Assembly: GCA_044892525.1 (NCBI GenBank)
Contig: CM097887.1
Location: 111,268,397-111,332,396, forward strand
From: Schmidtea polychroa
Taxonomy: Eukaryota
Direction: 5' to 3'
DNA length: 64,000 nucleotides
In this document: positions 46,881-60,853 of the stretch, piece by piece
Position numbering within the stretch: position 1 is the stretch's first letter
Layout of the letters: each line of letters opens with the position of its first letter
The notes under the pieces: generated by a model
Seen by the model: only the letters and a program-made list of their open reading frames with translations
The model's database searches: none
Told to the model about the DNA's origin: nothing
Position numbers and translations under genes: made by a program

Positions 46881-48949
46881 CATGGGTAGAAGAAAAGGGA
46901 GGCTAGGAAGTTCTCATTGAAAGTGCAATAAAATCCAGGAAATCAATGGAAAATATTCAAAAATATAAGAAAATAGCTGCATGACTAGGATTTGTTTATA
47001 TCTGCATAAAAATTTTCCCCTTATTTAATAAATGTTTAAATCTTTATTTAATTACCTTTATTATTATTATTGTTATTATTATTATTGAAGACATTGTCAT
47101 ATTATCAAAATATGCAAATCATAAAAGTAATTTAAATTGAAAACAATAAAAACATATTCCAAAAACTCACAAATAAAAAAGTTGTTTAATATAAATAATA
47201 AAAATGGTTTTCAATATCATAATAAAATTTTTGGTATACTTAAACGATGTATTAAAAACATTATTTCAATATTCCCGGTCAACTTAGTGCAATATTTGGT
47301 CAACATCCATATCATCAATCCCTAAATAATGACCAAATACAAGACTCGTGTTTCTCCTTACCCATTGTCACTTGACGTTGTTGTTAGTCAATGCGATTTT
47401 AATATTTTTTAAGGAAAAGATTAATTGTTACAAATCTCTATTCAAGTATGTGGAGCAATGTAAAATAAATTGTTACTGCCTCAGTCTCAATATGACTGAT
47501 GCGCAATCTCCTTGCCCCCTAATTTAACTCTATTAGCCCCCATTGTCAGTTTATTGCATAAAAGACTGCAACACTTTAGGCGTAATTAAACCCATTCATC
47601 ATATCATAACTCCTTACGTTCATTTAACTTTATTATTACTGAATCCAAACTCCTCAAATATAAATGGTAAGCAGGGTCATAATTTGATGTGCCTAGAAAG
47701 ATGTATTTAATCATTGCCGGCAAAAAAGAGTCAAGCTTACAGTTCCTCACTTCAGGAAAAAATTAGTCGGTGTGATGGATTTTCTGAAAGTCGGTTTGAG
47801 GCATATACAATCAGATCTTCTGTTGTATTGCATAGCCTCATATTCATCCGTTTATTCAGATTTTGAACGGATTAACCAATTTTTTTAAAATGTTAATATA
47901 TAATTTAAATGTCTCTATATAACTCAGATTTATATTGTGTGTTTTTATCTATATGTTTTAAATATAGATTCCTATTTAAATTTAATTGCTCGATGAATGT
48001 TAACAACATTTGCACCGATTAAATTGAAAAATTTATAGCTCTTCTAAAATGTTTTCGTTCAAAACTAATATCGAAATTTATTTTCTGTGATTGTAGTAAT
48101 TTGCGTCTAGTTCGTGTCTTCGATAAATCGTTTTAATCAATTTGTGAATACCTAAAAAAATGTAATATTTCAGTTATGTAGGATTATTATTGTTAAAGTC
48201 TGTACTGACTTTAACTACTCGTGTTCATGGCTTCAAACATCAAAATAAAACCCAACACAGAAGACTTTATATTGTTAATTACAATCTTATTTGATTAGAA
48301 TTTTTTATTAAAATTCAATAAGATAGGTTATCCAATGGAAGATCGCCTTTTATTAGATTTTAAATGTGATTTGTTTTGCTAGATATTTGATTTGACAAGA
48401 GCTTAGTTTCCTTTTCTGCTCGATTTCTGTTGAATTCACTATAAGTTCTGTGGGAACTTCCTTGTGATGTGCTCATTCTTCGACCAAACTGGCACTTGAC
48501 TACTAGTGTATGTAAATGTTGCCTAGGATCTGATATCTGCATAATATTTTTGGTATGATTGTATTAATTTTTTAAACCTCAATTATGATACCTAAATAAG
48601 CATATTTACATAAAAGTAAACGTCTCCTACAATAGGATCACAGTGGAATTTATTATTGACTTCGGCCTAACTTAGCTTTCAACTTAAATTAACCAATAAT
48701 CGCGCCAATAAGACACGGTCCTTACCAAGTGAATTATAGATAGCTCAGACTATATTATTAATGCATATTATTTATCTTTGGTTTAAATATTGCTCAGAAT
48801 TGACATGCCTAATTCGGACGATGCCAATTTCATCAAACAAATCAATGAGCTCGGCTATTGACTTGTTATTAATATTTAAAAGAAGAAGCCAATATATTTT
48901 TACAATTTTTATCGATTACTAACTAAAACAATTGCACGGAAACTTCCTA

Positions 48950-49297
48950 TCATTCCTTCGGTGGCGATTTTTTAAATATACGCGGTTTAGCAAATTTACC
49001 ACGTAATTCTCTCAAGCGTTGCATTTCTTCTTTGAAATCTTCATGTTCGTCTCGATAAAGACCTAAAGTCCGGAGATGTTTAGTAATACTGGTAAGCTCG
49101 CATACTGGAGAATACCAATCAAGTTGAATATGTTGATGTGGCTTATTTTTAAATAATTTCAAAACCTATCAAAGAATATATTTCATGTAAATATAAAAAG
49201 AGAATGAAACTTTTCTCAACTGAGGAGAAGGATTTTCTATTTCCATAAAAATTTGACTAGATAATTGGGCAATTTTCTTACCATAATTAGAAGCCAT
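48950..49297 (-). CDS. MRPS33: Mitochondrial ribosomal protein S33 (two exons 49297-49211, 49165-48950; 100 aa)
   Basis: MASNYGKKIAQLSSQIF...VLKLF...LRTLGLYRDEHEDFKEEMQRLRELRGK matches the MRPS33 signature LGLYRDEHxDF. 45-nt intron. Confidence 0.9.
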
Positions 49298-49861
49298 TAA
49301 TTTACTGAAATGTTAAAAATTTGTCACAATAATAAGATAAATATATATTTATATAATTATATTATATCATTAAATTAAAAAATAAATGGATGTTTAATTA
49401 TTTAATAATTAAAATTAATCAACGAATTTAAATAGAATTTCGCGAAAAATAGTAGCAATATTCAAACAACAAGTTTATTAATATGCAAAAAAATTGAAAT
49501 TTGATTTTCACAATAAATTTTTGGAAATACTTTTTCATGAACTATAAATCATTAAATATTAAACGAAAAATATTTTTAATTTTCATTTGTTAACATTCAT
49601 TTTCTGTAATTTTTGAAAGATAGTATTCTGAAAATATTTGGTAAATTAAAAATAAAAATTTTCATAGTTAAAAGATGGTTTTATTTTATCGTTTTATTGA
49701 TAATAGAATAATGGTAAATCATTTGTTTGTTTAAATAAGTCCGACTTTATTCATATTTCGAATATATCCTTTTCAAACTAAATTAAAAACACATGTTTTT
49801 CTTATAGATTTATTTATTTATTGGTCATATTTGTAAATTATTAGTTAAAATAATCAATAAA

Positions 49862-52800
49862 ATGAGAAGAACAGCGGCCCCGAGTAAAAATCTTGATAAT
49901 AACAAATTACGGAAAGTAATAACTATTTTAGTTATTTAAAATTATTTTATATTGTTAGATATACAATTATCCACAAATCAATATACCTACAATAGTATCA
50001 CAAAATTGTACTAAGGAGGTCATTAAAGGAACTTCAAATATTAAGTATTATTCAGTTGCGTATGGGAAACCATCGAAAAAGAAAGTAGATTCATATTTAT
50101 ATATACCTAAATAAAATGATTATTTAGCACAAAACTTGGGATGGAGATGGTAAAGGAAATTAATTTTTGAATTAAGCAATAATATTTTAGGCTATATTTC
50201 GATTTCTGATTCTCGCATTAAATTAATTAGCAGTGAAGGAAAAGAGTAAGTTGATGAAATATTTTAAGTTTAATTAAATATTTTTCATGGATATCATATT
50301 ATTTCAATTAAAATAGAATTATTTAAGAAACGTAATTAAATGATTTATTATAAAAGTCTTTGGGGAAACAATTCTGCTAATTTCGAAACCATTTGTTTTA
50401 AATTAGCTATTCAACTCATCCATTCTTTTGATTGTTTTTAAAATCATTTCTTGATATTTCTCGTTCGCACTAGATCCAATGGTAGCAGTATTTAGTATCT
50501 TTTAGTTCCTTTCAAGTTGTCAGTAGTTTATCAGTAATTGGAAATCGACAGAGAAATAGAATTCTCTACTTCCAAGTCGGTATTTTTAAAGCCTTCTTTA
50601 ATTCAACGAATATAATTTATCGATAAGTTTACTATTTAAAAAGCATTATTCATTTAAGTTTTGAATAATTTATAAATTTAATTATTTAAGGTTAAACAAA
50701 TACCGCTTTTAAGTTATAATTTATATTAAATTTATTTAATATCATTGACAAATTTGTTATGTAATAAAATATTCTTATTCACAATTTAAAATATATAATT
50801 TTTATTTATTCAGAAAGTTATTTTATTCCTCTTCTTTCATATGAAGATTTGGTCTGAATTGTCTCATAAAGTCTAAGAATAATCTTGAAAATTTTATTGA
50901 ACTTCATTTTCATGTTTGAACAAAAAACAAAATATCATTCCTTCATTGATATTCTTACATAACATTTCATCGATAATTTTTCCCAATTCCCGGCTCAGTT
51001 AAAAGCCTTTGATCCCCGATTTTTGTTTGTGTATTATTTACAATATTCTCTTGTAAACTTAATTTCTTGTAAAGTTAATTTCTTTGTTGGTATCAATATT
51101 TTTTACTTACTAGCTAATCAGTAAAATATTTAAATTATATTTACTGTTATTACCACATTATAAGTAATTGTTATTATTATTAACATTATAGCAACATTTT
51201 ATTGGTTTATTATTACTTGGTCCAAAGATGAGGAACTTTTGGACTTCTGATTCACGAAGTGCAGCATTTGGTTAATAAAATTTAAGGTTCTACTTATACA
51301 TTTAATTTTATTTAGAAAATACGCTTAATTCAAAATTAAATTAATTTATAGGGATTTTTTTATTCATTTTATTTTCATTATGACAAAAGATCAAATTTAA
51401 TTTGTTGCATAGAAAGTTAAATTTTGATCTTTTGTCAGAATAAAAATAAATGAAAAATCATCCTAAAAAGAAAGCGAATCAAACATGACCAAAAGAATAA
51501 AATAATTTTGCTGATAATTTTTGAATCAGCCCAGTTCCAGTTTACAAAGGTAGAAGTGGATGTGCAAGTGTTAAACAACTCTAAAATACAAAAATAAAAT
51601 CTTTAATAGATTTCTTATATTTGACAGTATTTAAACGACACTGTTATGCAGTGGTGGATACAGGCATTTAGTATAGGGAATGATTGTCTGGGTTTCAGTT
51701 ATTATGTATTATAAAATCAACCAATCAAGGCGTAGGTGACTTACAAGTTTGAAAAATTAAATTATCTATTAACTTTTTTTCCAATTTTACCACTGATATC
51801 TTTTCCATTGTATTTATTAAGAAGCTTAAAGATTCGTGGGCCGGTTAGAGGGGTATTCTAGTTTCCAATCTCAATTCACTTTGAATATGTCAAAATTTAT
51901 CTACATTCTATAATTAGTAACAAATATTTGCAAAGCCGATAATTGCTGCAGCTAAACATTCAATCCTAAATGAATGAGGGAAATATCTATTTCAGTATTA
52001 AATTATGAATGTTGCCATTGATTGGAATTTATGAATGAATTTTACAACGGACTTTGATTGGCCAATGGGTATATAAGTTCATTGGGGGATGTTGCCGTAG
52101 TGCCATCAGTGGCGGTAACTGCAGCAATAACATCGGTATTTATATTACCATCTTTCATGGGTATTTCTTGTTTTATTTGGCATATTTCCCACACTATTCA
52201 ATGGGTTTAATCGGGATTGATTTCGACATACAATTTGTAAAATTCTCCGCTTACTAATATAATTTTGATGGGATAGTTTTTCTTTCTTACTTAATTCCTA
52301 TTTATTTTTAATATTTTTATCCGAAATATTTTAAAGGATGGCGTGTTAGTTGATTATCGACAAATCGGTTCTACTGTCTGCATAATTTTGTAACAGTTAT
52401 GCGCATTTTATAATTTTAATAGCTCAATGAGTTGTGAGAGAATAAATACAGGGCGGGCTGGAATTTAAATGAAACCAAATTAAAATAAATAAGTATTTTT
52501 AATTCCTCGATGTACATATGATGTCATTTTATTTCAATTTACCTTACTTATGTATTATGTATTATAAACCATTATGTATTATAAACCATTATGTATTATA
52601 AACCATTATGTATTATAAACCATTATGTATTATAAAATCCCTCGAGATTTTTTTCAAAAGATCCTAAAGATTTTCGAAAATAATAATAATTAGAGCTTTG
52701 AAGATTTTTTAAGAATAATTGAAAAGTGGTAGTGTCAAGACATCGGCTTATAAACTGTAAATCAGGATTGCTTTCGCTTTTGATCAATTTATTTTCTCAA

Positions 52801-55800
52801 ATTTCGATTTAAATTCCAATAAATTTGATTGGTCGATTTTATTTTTTAGTTTTAATTATTTATTTTTTCCATTTTCTTGATTGATTGATTGATAACCTTT
52901 TATATCGATCTTATCCCTTGTGCAAAATCATATTTTTCTGCTAGTTTGTGTATTTTCCCCCGATTTTTTTGTGTTTTTAATGATTAAAATGTGTTTCATG
53001 TGTAACCGCTTTCATTTCTTAGTTTATTAATTTTGTTTTATTTGGTGTTTAATTAAATTTAAATAGATTAGTGATTTTTCTACGTTATGTAGCTTTGACT
53101 GATTAATTTGGGTTTTCAAGAGCTACTTACTCATTTTCAGTCATTTTAATTTACATTTTTTTGGAAATTTTAATCTCACGATTCTGCCCAACACCACTTT
53201 CTCCAGCGTAAACAAAGAAATCAATTAATTGATTGATCATTATTATAGGTTGGGATCAAGTATGAGAATTGCTTTATCAAAAGTTATACTTGAAGAGGGT
53301 AGTTCATTTCATATCGGAGGAAAATACGTCGAGATATTATCTGCTGTTGATAACCCGTCGTTTGAAACTGATGGAAATGCCGTTCTCCTCTCAAGTACTG
53401 ATCCAACTACGTGTATAGAATTTGAACCCATTATCTTGATATAAAGTGTTTCAGCAGACCCTTCGAAATATGTCAATCGAGAATTTAAACCAGTTTTGTT
53501 ACAAACAACCGTGTCTAGCGTCACTGATCTCAAATCAGATGGACCTCGAATCAGTATGCCGAGGCCTACTGCAAGTCACAACGTAAGGTTTTGTTATGCT
53601 GGTTAAAGCTGGTATTTTTCATTGCTGATTCAGGCAATCCATCAAACTATTTATCCCAATCAATTGAAACTATTGGCTAATTTAACATTCAATGTTTCAT
53701 TTAATTATTGCCACCGATCTCCCATTTTCGCCATATTATATATCGCAAATATTTATCTGTAAAAATTAATTTAACTACAAAATCGATATTAATTAATCAA
53801 AATTAATTTATTTTCCAATATTAATTAATCAATATTAATTTATTTACAAAAATATCTAAATTAATCAATAAAAAAGGGATTAATTGATAAAATATCGGAA
53901 TTTATTGGAAATTTATCGGGATTGAATATCCCTATTTATTGTGGGTCCTAGTGCTTCTCATATCAGATATATCCTATTATATATCCAAATAAATGGAAAA
54001 TTTGGTCCGGCATTTCCCCTAGTCATTTATCTCTAATATAAATTCGAATAATTCTGACAGAATAGAGAAAATATAAAATCACTAGATCGGTTGAAATTGA
54101 TTGGGATCGTAAGCAATACCTAATATCGAATTAAATCGCTAACTTTCAGTTCAAACACAATTCGGACTGCCATCCAATCCGAGATGTCATATTTGACCCT
54201 GGATTGGCACAGCGGATGCGGCCCCATCAAATTGAAGGGGTCATATTCATGTACGAATGTGTTGCTGGGTTCCGCGCTCACAACGGGACAGGAGCTATTC
54301 TCGCGTGAGTCATTGCGTGACGCTATTATTGATCCATTGTAATGTTCCAATCTGAATTAGGGATGCCATGGGATTAGGGAAAACTGTCCAGACTATCGCT
54401 CTCATTACAATTATTCTGAAACAAGGTCCATATGAAAACGAAACACTTATTCAAAAATGCCTTATTGTCTGCCCCAGTTCTCTCGTTCTAGTAATATTTC
54501 TGTTCTTTCTCCACCTGAAATCTTGAACGGTCTTTCATTAACTTAGAATTGGAAAAAGGAATTTGAGAAATGGATTGGGATGCAAATCATACCTTTCTGT
54601 GTTTCTGGCGACGTCAGTATTGAGGTAGATTCAAATTGATTTATTACGTTGTTACTCTCAATTAGAAATTCACCCAATCCCCGAATAATTCCGTCCTTAT
54701 CATATCATACGAAATGCTTCTTCGGAACGTGGAGTTTCTCCAAGGATTATCGTTTGGCCTTATCGTATGCGACGAGGCACACAGATTGAAGCATGGATCC
54801 AATAAAACATTTATCGTAAATTTTTCTTCCTTTAACATTTTATCTACCAGTTTCCTTTCTATAGGCTGTCGAATCTTTACAAATTAAACGAAGAATTTTG
54901 CTCACTGGTACTCCACTGCAAAATGACATGGACGAATTTTTCAATATTGTTCAATTCGCCAATCCAGGTGTTCTTGGCTGCAGCAAGGAATCTTTTCGAC
55001 ATCGATTTGTCAATCCAATTAATGCTGCCAGAGAGCCAGGAGCATCAAACCAGGCAATCGAGGAAGGATGCGAAGCATCTCTTATTTTACAGCGATTGAC
55101 TCAGTCTTTCATTTTACGCAGAACTGAAATTGTCAATACACTTTATCTTCCGTCGAAAGGTTTATTGATTGTTATTTGGTTATTAATTATTGTCACTTTT
55201 TCATTACTTCATTTTATTTATAGATCATCATTTATTATTTTTTGAAATAATTGATTATTATAATTTATCATAATTATTGATTATAATAATTTTATCATTA
55301 TTATTGATTTTATTTTACTATTTTTACATTAAAATACATAATCAATTTCCTTTACCTTCATTTCAAAGCAATATTTTTATTTGTCTAAAACGAATTTTCA
55401 ACAAAGCATTATCAATTTTTATTATTGATTATTTTCTATTTATTGCATATTATTTATTTTTATTGATTCTCACTTTTAATTATTATTTTTTTTATTGAAT
55501 ATTATTATTAATTTATTATTCGTAATTTCGAAATTTTGGTAAAACACATTTAGCTTGCCCAGCAATCCTTGAACTGTTCATATTCATTTTATTAATAAAA
55601 GACCCAAGTTTCATTCTTTCAGCAATAGTCTGTTCCAAAACAGTTTCGGTTTGAACGGACATTCGTGAAGCACATTGAACACCAACAGTAAATAATAACG
55701 TAGCCACTTCCCTGCTAAAAGCAACGCCATTAAGAGAATCACTAACATTGATTGGAAATATGTTTTCGTCGATATTATCACCATTATTTAAAGCTATAAA

Positions 55801-57929
55801 TTGAACAACTTTGACGGCTGCTTAATTATCTTCATTGCTAAATTCAGCCAATTTTGAAATATTTTTATCTTATCTGCATCCGGTTGTAAAATTGATGGCT
55901 TCATTTGGGAAAGATCCAAAAATTCTTATAATAATTATATTTGTTGTTTATCCATTTTAGCAGAAATTCAATACCAACTCAAAATCCATATTAAAGGAAA
56001 ATAAATTCAGCACCACTAAAGGAAACAATATATTTTTTTAAAACTCACATAATTAGACTAGCATTTAAACACCATAAAAATTTCTAAAATTATAGAGAAA
56101 AAAAGGAATGAAAATTTGATTTTCCACAATAATGGGCAACACTGTCAGACAATTTGCATAACTAATGGCATAATAATTAAAAAAAACTTAACAAAATGGA
56201 CAAATTATTATTTTTTATTATTTGTTATAATTATTATTATTATTGGGTTATTGCGTTGGTAGTTATATTTAAAAGTTACCAATCATATCTCTGACTCCAA
56301 ATCGTGCTTTATCTGATCCAAAAAATATCAATTCTCGAAAAAGATAAACCTTTATTGATTATTACAATTGATTACACGGATTATAACAACACGATCAATT
56401 CAATACTCAAATAGATAATTACACAAAGCTTATTGCAACACTACGTGAGGAATAACTCTTCGTATAATTACCAAATACTTAACAATAACCGGCCGCTGAT
56501 CTGAATCAATAATTTGGTAACATGAATTGAATTCTCCTTTGCTTTGACTTGAATTTATTCAATATACTTTAAACCTTTCTTATTAAACTCAATTTTTCCA
56601 CACCGTTTGGTTCTAATATTTTCTATTCTTTTCAATTTCTCAAATTTTCTCTACTGTTTGATTCTGAATTATTTTCAACTTCTGATTCCCTTAAGAAGAC
56701 TTGCTTTTAAAGTCCGCACTTGCCCGACACTTATGATAATTCATTTTTTCCATTCCTGTCTCTCCATGGTTTGTGCAGCTCCTGTATAATCACTGATACT
56801 TTGGCAATCGGAATATATGCCTTTTTTACATTTCTGCTTCTGCCATTTTCTATAATTTTTCAAACTCCCATGTCGCCTCTAATAGTTCGGCACTCAAGGC
56901 AGTTTATCATTTTTCCATACTTTTTTCTATTTCCCACGTTATCTCTGAAAGTTCGGAGATTCCGATTTTGTTTTTGTTTTCCAATTTTGAAATTCCTTTT
57001 TGCTTTCTTTCACTTATTAATTACCAATGACCTTTTATGTCTAATTTCTTTTATTTGCTCATTTCTCATTTTTTTTATCCTTCCGTTCTCTCCCAGAGTG
57101 CTATCACAATCCCCCTACCCCTTTTCCCAGGTTATTTTATTTATTTATGATATTATTTATTATTTAGGTATCCTCAACATTATTATTTATTTTAAAATGA
57201 CAAAGAAATTGTAATATTGTAGACGAGTATATTATATTCTGTCTCCCAACGCCTGTTCAGAAGCAGCTGTACAAAATGTTAGTTGAGTGCAAAAGCTTGC
57301 AAAAAGATTTGGAAGCTGAAGAATTCAACGGAGCTGCAATTGATGCTCTTGCGTGTATCCTAATGTTGAGAAAGCTCTGTAATGACCCGATATTACTCAT
57401 TCGTTACGTGCTTGATAAGGAAAACAACTCAGCAGAACTCGATAATTGTAATATTGCAAAGAAGGAATCCTCATCGTTAGTCGAGGTGAATATTTCTTGC
57501 TTGCAATGTTATTAGCTGTAATAGAATAGCATATTTCATTAACACAAATTCAATTTCAAATCTGTGATTCATGCGAATATCAAATTATCACAGCATTTAG
57601 AAATCGATTTATTTGTCAAAATACAGTTCCATTCATATCATTAGATATTTTACAATCAAACATAAGTTTAATATTTAACAAGATTCCAAAATTTTGACAA
57701 TTACAAACAGGGATTGGGAGTCGATTGGAAAACGATCGACTCCGACTCCCGATTCCGAATCTCGACTCCTTTCAGTTTCATTAAGACACTACTTGATTCC
57801 AAAAATTGATCACTGAAAAATTTTTGTTAACCTTCGAAATTTGGTTGTCAAAATAATATACTTTTTTTAGATAGTTGTTTTACGTTACGCCGATAGAAAA
57901 AGCTTCAGGAAATTCAAATATATTTATCT

Positions 57930-57960
<31 letters not shown>

Positions 57961-60853
57961 TGCTCGAAGTGGAACAAAATATGTGCCGGGATAGGCATGC
58001 TGTGGCACCCGGGATTCCAGGCTTTTATGCAGAAATTTTCAGTTGGGGGTGTTGCAAAACTTTGGGGGGTGTCCAACAAATTTTTTTTTGGGGGGTGGGT
58101 GTCCACCCATTTAATCATAAGTTTCAGAATATACCTACCTATCCATTACTGCTGCTTGGGAAATTCTTAATTGAATAGAGAATAGAGAATAAAGAATATA
58201 TATATATATACATACATATATGGATGTACTATGTGTGACCTTAATTGCAGTATTTGTGTGCCTATAAAATGAAATAAGTACCGGGATAAACCTATAGATT
58301 ATATGAAATGAAATGCCGGGATGCAATTCCGCCTACATAATCAATGCCGGGATAATATCCCGGCTATCCCGCCTCACTTCGAGCACTGTATATATATATA
58401 TATAGTAAATAGTAAAGGAGTTACGAATTTCCAAATGTAGCTGAAGATATTTTAAAACCAGGAAAATTGTCACCCTTTGAAATGAGGCTGGCACTCGTAA
58501 ATATTATTTTGAAGGCGATGTTTTACATCGTATCGACAGAGGAAGCTACCATCAACTCAAAAGTGTTAATAATATTGTTTTCCGATAAATATTAATGAAG
58601 TTACGAATTTCCAAATGCAGCTGAAGAACTTTTAAAACAAGAAAAATTGTCACCCTTTGAAATAAGGCTGGAATAACTCCGATTTCTTAATCATCTAACG
58701 AACAAAGTATTCGGCCTAAAACTTTAAATCAAGTCTGTAAATAGATTTAATTTTACCGTAAAAGACAATGGTAAAAACTAGAGTTATCAAAGTTTATTAA
58801 TTTAAGACGGAATTAATAACTTTCGGATTTCCTTTCATCGATAGATCAAAAACCGGATATAACCAGTTAAGTCTCCGATTTGAAATAGGGGGACTCTGTG
58901 ATGATTACGTTAGGCTTAACAATCGATAGCTAACGTTAGAGACTAGAGAGAGCGGACATTTAAGAGAGATAAACGAATTATATAGCTTAAACTTTCTTTT
59001 TTATTGTTATTATTTTTTAGGAATAAAGCACTGCGTGTATTTTATACTTTAAGACTTAAAGTGGTGGCCAACCCAAATCAATCGAAGGGCCAAATTTTCG
59101 AGCTCTCTAAATTCATTTAAATAAATATAACTCGTTTTTACGATTCAAGTAAACTTAGAATCAATCTTTTAAATTAAAAACATGCTTAATTCGAATATGT
59201 AATCTAAAAAAGACAATTATTGATTTGATGTTTAAAATTGTGTCCGGGCCACATCAAAACGCTTCGCGGGCCACCGGTTGGCCATGGCTGATTTAAGTTA
59301 TTAATTATTTCGCTGCATTAAATTTTAACCAACTGTTTTGTTTTATAATGGAATAAATTAAACATATAAATAAAGATTGAATAAATTCTCTCCCTAGACA
59401 CATTAGTTCTTATCTCTTTTGGGATCTTGTAGTAAAATATTTTGTTTTATTGTTCTTGTTTTTAGACTGCTAACCTGCTGCATTTTATTTGCATTCAGGT
59501 TTTTCGCAAATTTAACATACGTGTGTGAAATAGAGAAGTTTAAATTATTATTTTTTCGAAATGGAAAAGGAGTCGATTGATTTTTATCGACCCTGACTCC
59601 GATTTCGACTCCTGGCAAAACCTTGGACTCCGACTCCCCATCCCTGATTACGAATTCACAAATATTCGTTATTTTATATACACTTATCGTATTTGCGGAA
59701 CTGACTATTCCGTTATTCTACCAATCGCATTCGAGTATTGTTTGTTTCAGGAAATTCGCAAGAAGTTGCTAAATCTAGAGAGCGAAAACACCGCCTGGAA
59801 AGAAATACTTGCAATGAGCATTGAGAAACTCGGTGATCACTTGTTAAGTGGCAAATTGTGGGTAACTGCCCAAATGTTGATGGGATTAAAAAATTGTGAG
59901 AAACTGGTTTTGGTATCTCATTTCACTCAGGTTCACAAATGATTGTTGTGATATTTATCGATGAGTTCAATATCTGTAGACTCTCGATTTGCTGGGGAAA
60001 TTGTGCAACAATTTGGGTATCGTGTGTCAAAGAATTGATGGAAGTACGCCATCGGCATTACGAATGCGAATAGTTTCGGATTTCAATAGGATTTCTTGTA
60101 GGGAAGTGTTGTTATTGAGTTGCAAAGCTGGGGGAGAAGGACTCAATTTGATTGGTGCTAGTAGAATTATCCTTTACGATTTGGATTGGAATCCTGCAAC
60201 AGATGCTCAGGTAAAACATTACCGCAGCTTGAGTTGTTTCCCATTTGGACTTTTTCAGTTATAAACCATAACAATTTCAGGCGATGGCTCGCATTTGGAG
60301 AGATGGTCAGAAGAGTCGTGTTTGCGTTTATCGATTGATTACTACAGGAACCGTGGAGGAAAGTCTTTTACAGCGCCAAGTGGCTAAACAACAACTTAGT
60401 ACGAGTCTTGTTGATCTCTCTAGTTCCAAAACTAATTTAAATACGTTTTCCAAAGAGGAACTAAGGAATATTTTCAAGTTTCATATCGATTCTGCAATTC
60501 CTTTTGGCTGTTGGACTCATCAACTATTGAATTGTGATTGCTGTAAAAACCCGAATGGTGGGGTTGACCAATCGGTTGCAGTAATTGAGCCAAGAGAATC
60601 ACGAGTAAATACTTATTGTGAATTGGGTCTGAAACAGGTAGAGGAATTGATTAGATTATCATTGATATCAGTTTGGTAGATTCAACAAAAACCTTCGAAT
60701 AATACGAGTTTTTCTCAACTCAGCAGTTGGACGCATTGGATAGGTGAAGCAGAGATTAGTGAGAAATGTAGAGATAGCTTGATTTTGGAAAGTGTCACAA
60801 TGGTTTCTTGTGTGTTTCTCCGCACGGTGAATAACACCGAGGATAATAAATAG
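49862..60853 (+). CDS. RAD54B: DNA repair and recombination protein RAD54B (SNF2-family ATPase), multi-exon
   Basis: N-terminus MRRTAAPS and YYSVAYGKPSKKK|HKTWDGDG. Helicase motifs [86 protein letters not shown]. Last exon ends at TAG 60851-60853. Confidence 0.95.
51363..51455. repeat. Short intronic inverted repeat
   Basis: TGACAAAAGATCAAATTTAA (51381-51400) pairs with TTAAATTTTGATCTTTTGTCA (51417-51437), with weaker outer extension. Confidence 0.75.
52555..52636. repeat. 17-bp tandem repeat (TTATGTATTATAAACCA) x ~4.8
   Basis: Direct inspection. Confidence 0.92.
57958..58388. mobile_element. MITE inserted in a (TA)n microsatellite
   Basis: 14-bp TIR CAGTGCTCGAAGTG, internal CCGGGA repeats, (TA)n on both flanks. 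Confidence 0.85.
59059..59290. mobile_element. Small hAT-like MITE
   Basis: Imperfect TIR AAGTGGTGGCCAACC / GGTTGGCCATGGCTG with GGGCC subterminal motifs. No clear TSD. Confidence 0.5.

Larger units (their letters stand above)
57708..59646. mobile_element. Non-autonomous hAT-like element in a RAD54B intron, containing nested insertions
   Basis: TIRs CAGGGATTGGGAGTCG / CGACTCCCCATCCCTG, subterminal GACTCC repeats, near-perfect 8-bp TSD ATTACAAA/ATTACGAA. Confidence 0.8.

Noticed and set aside
43060-47310. Exact far end (TCAACA at ~47305), TSD or primer-binding site for LTR copy 3
   Set aside because: The length would fit (~4.2 kb), but flanks do not match as a TSD, and TGGAATGTG after the end is not recognisably complementary to a tRNA 3' end.
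54120-54350. Minus-strand 76-aa ORF
   Set aside because: It is the antisense of a RAD54B exon ([16 protein letters not shown]).
56607-57214. Plus-strand F/L/I-rich ORFs (also 45920-46422, 46680-46868, 55277-55498) as membrane proteins
   Set aside because: Translations of T/C-rich intronic or repeat sequence.
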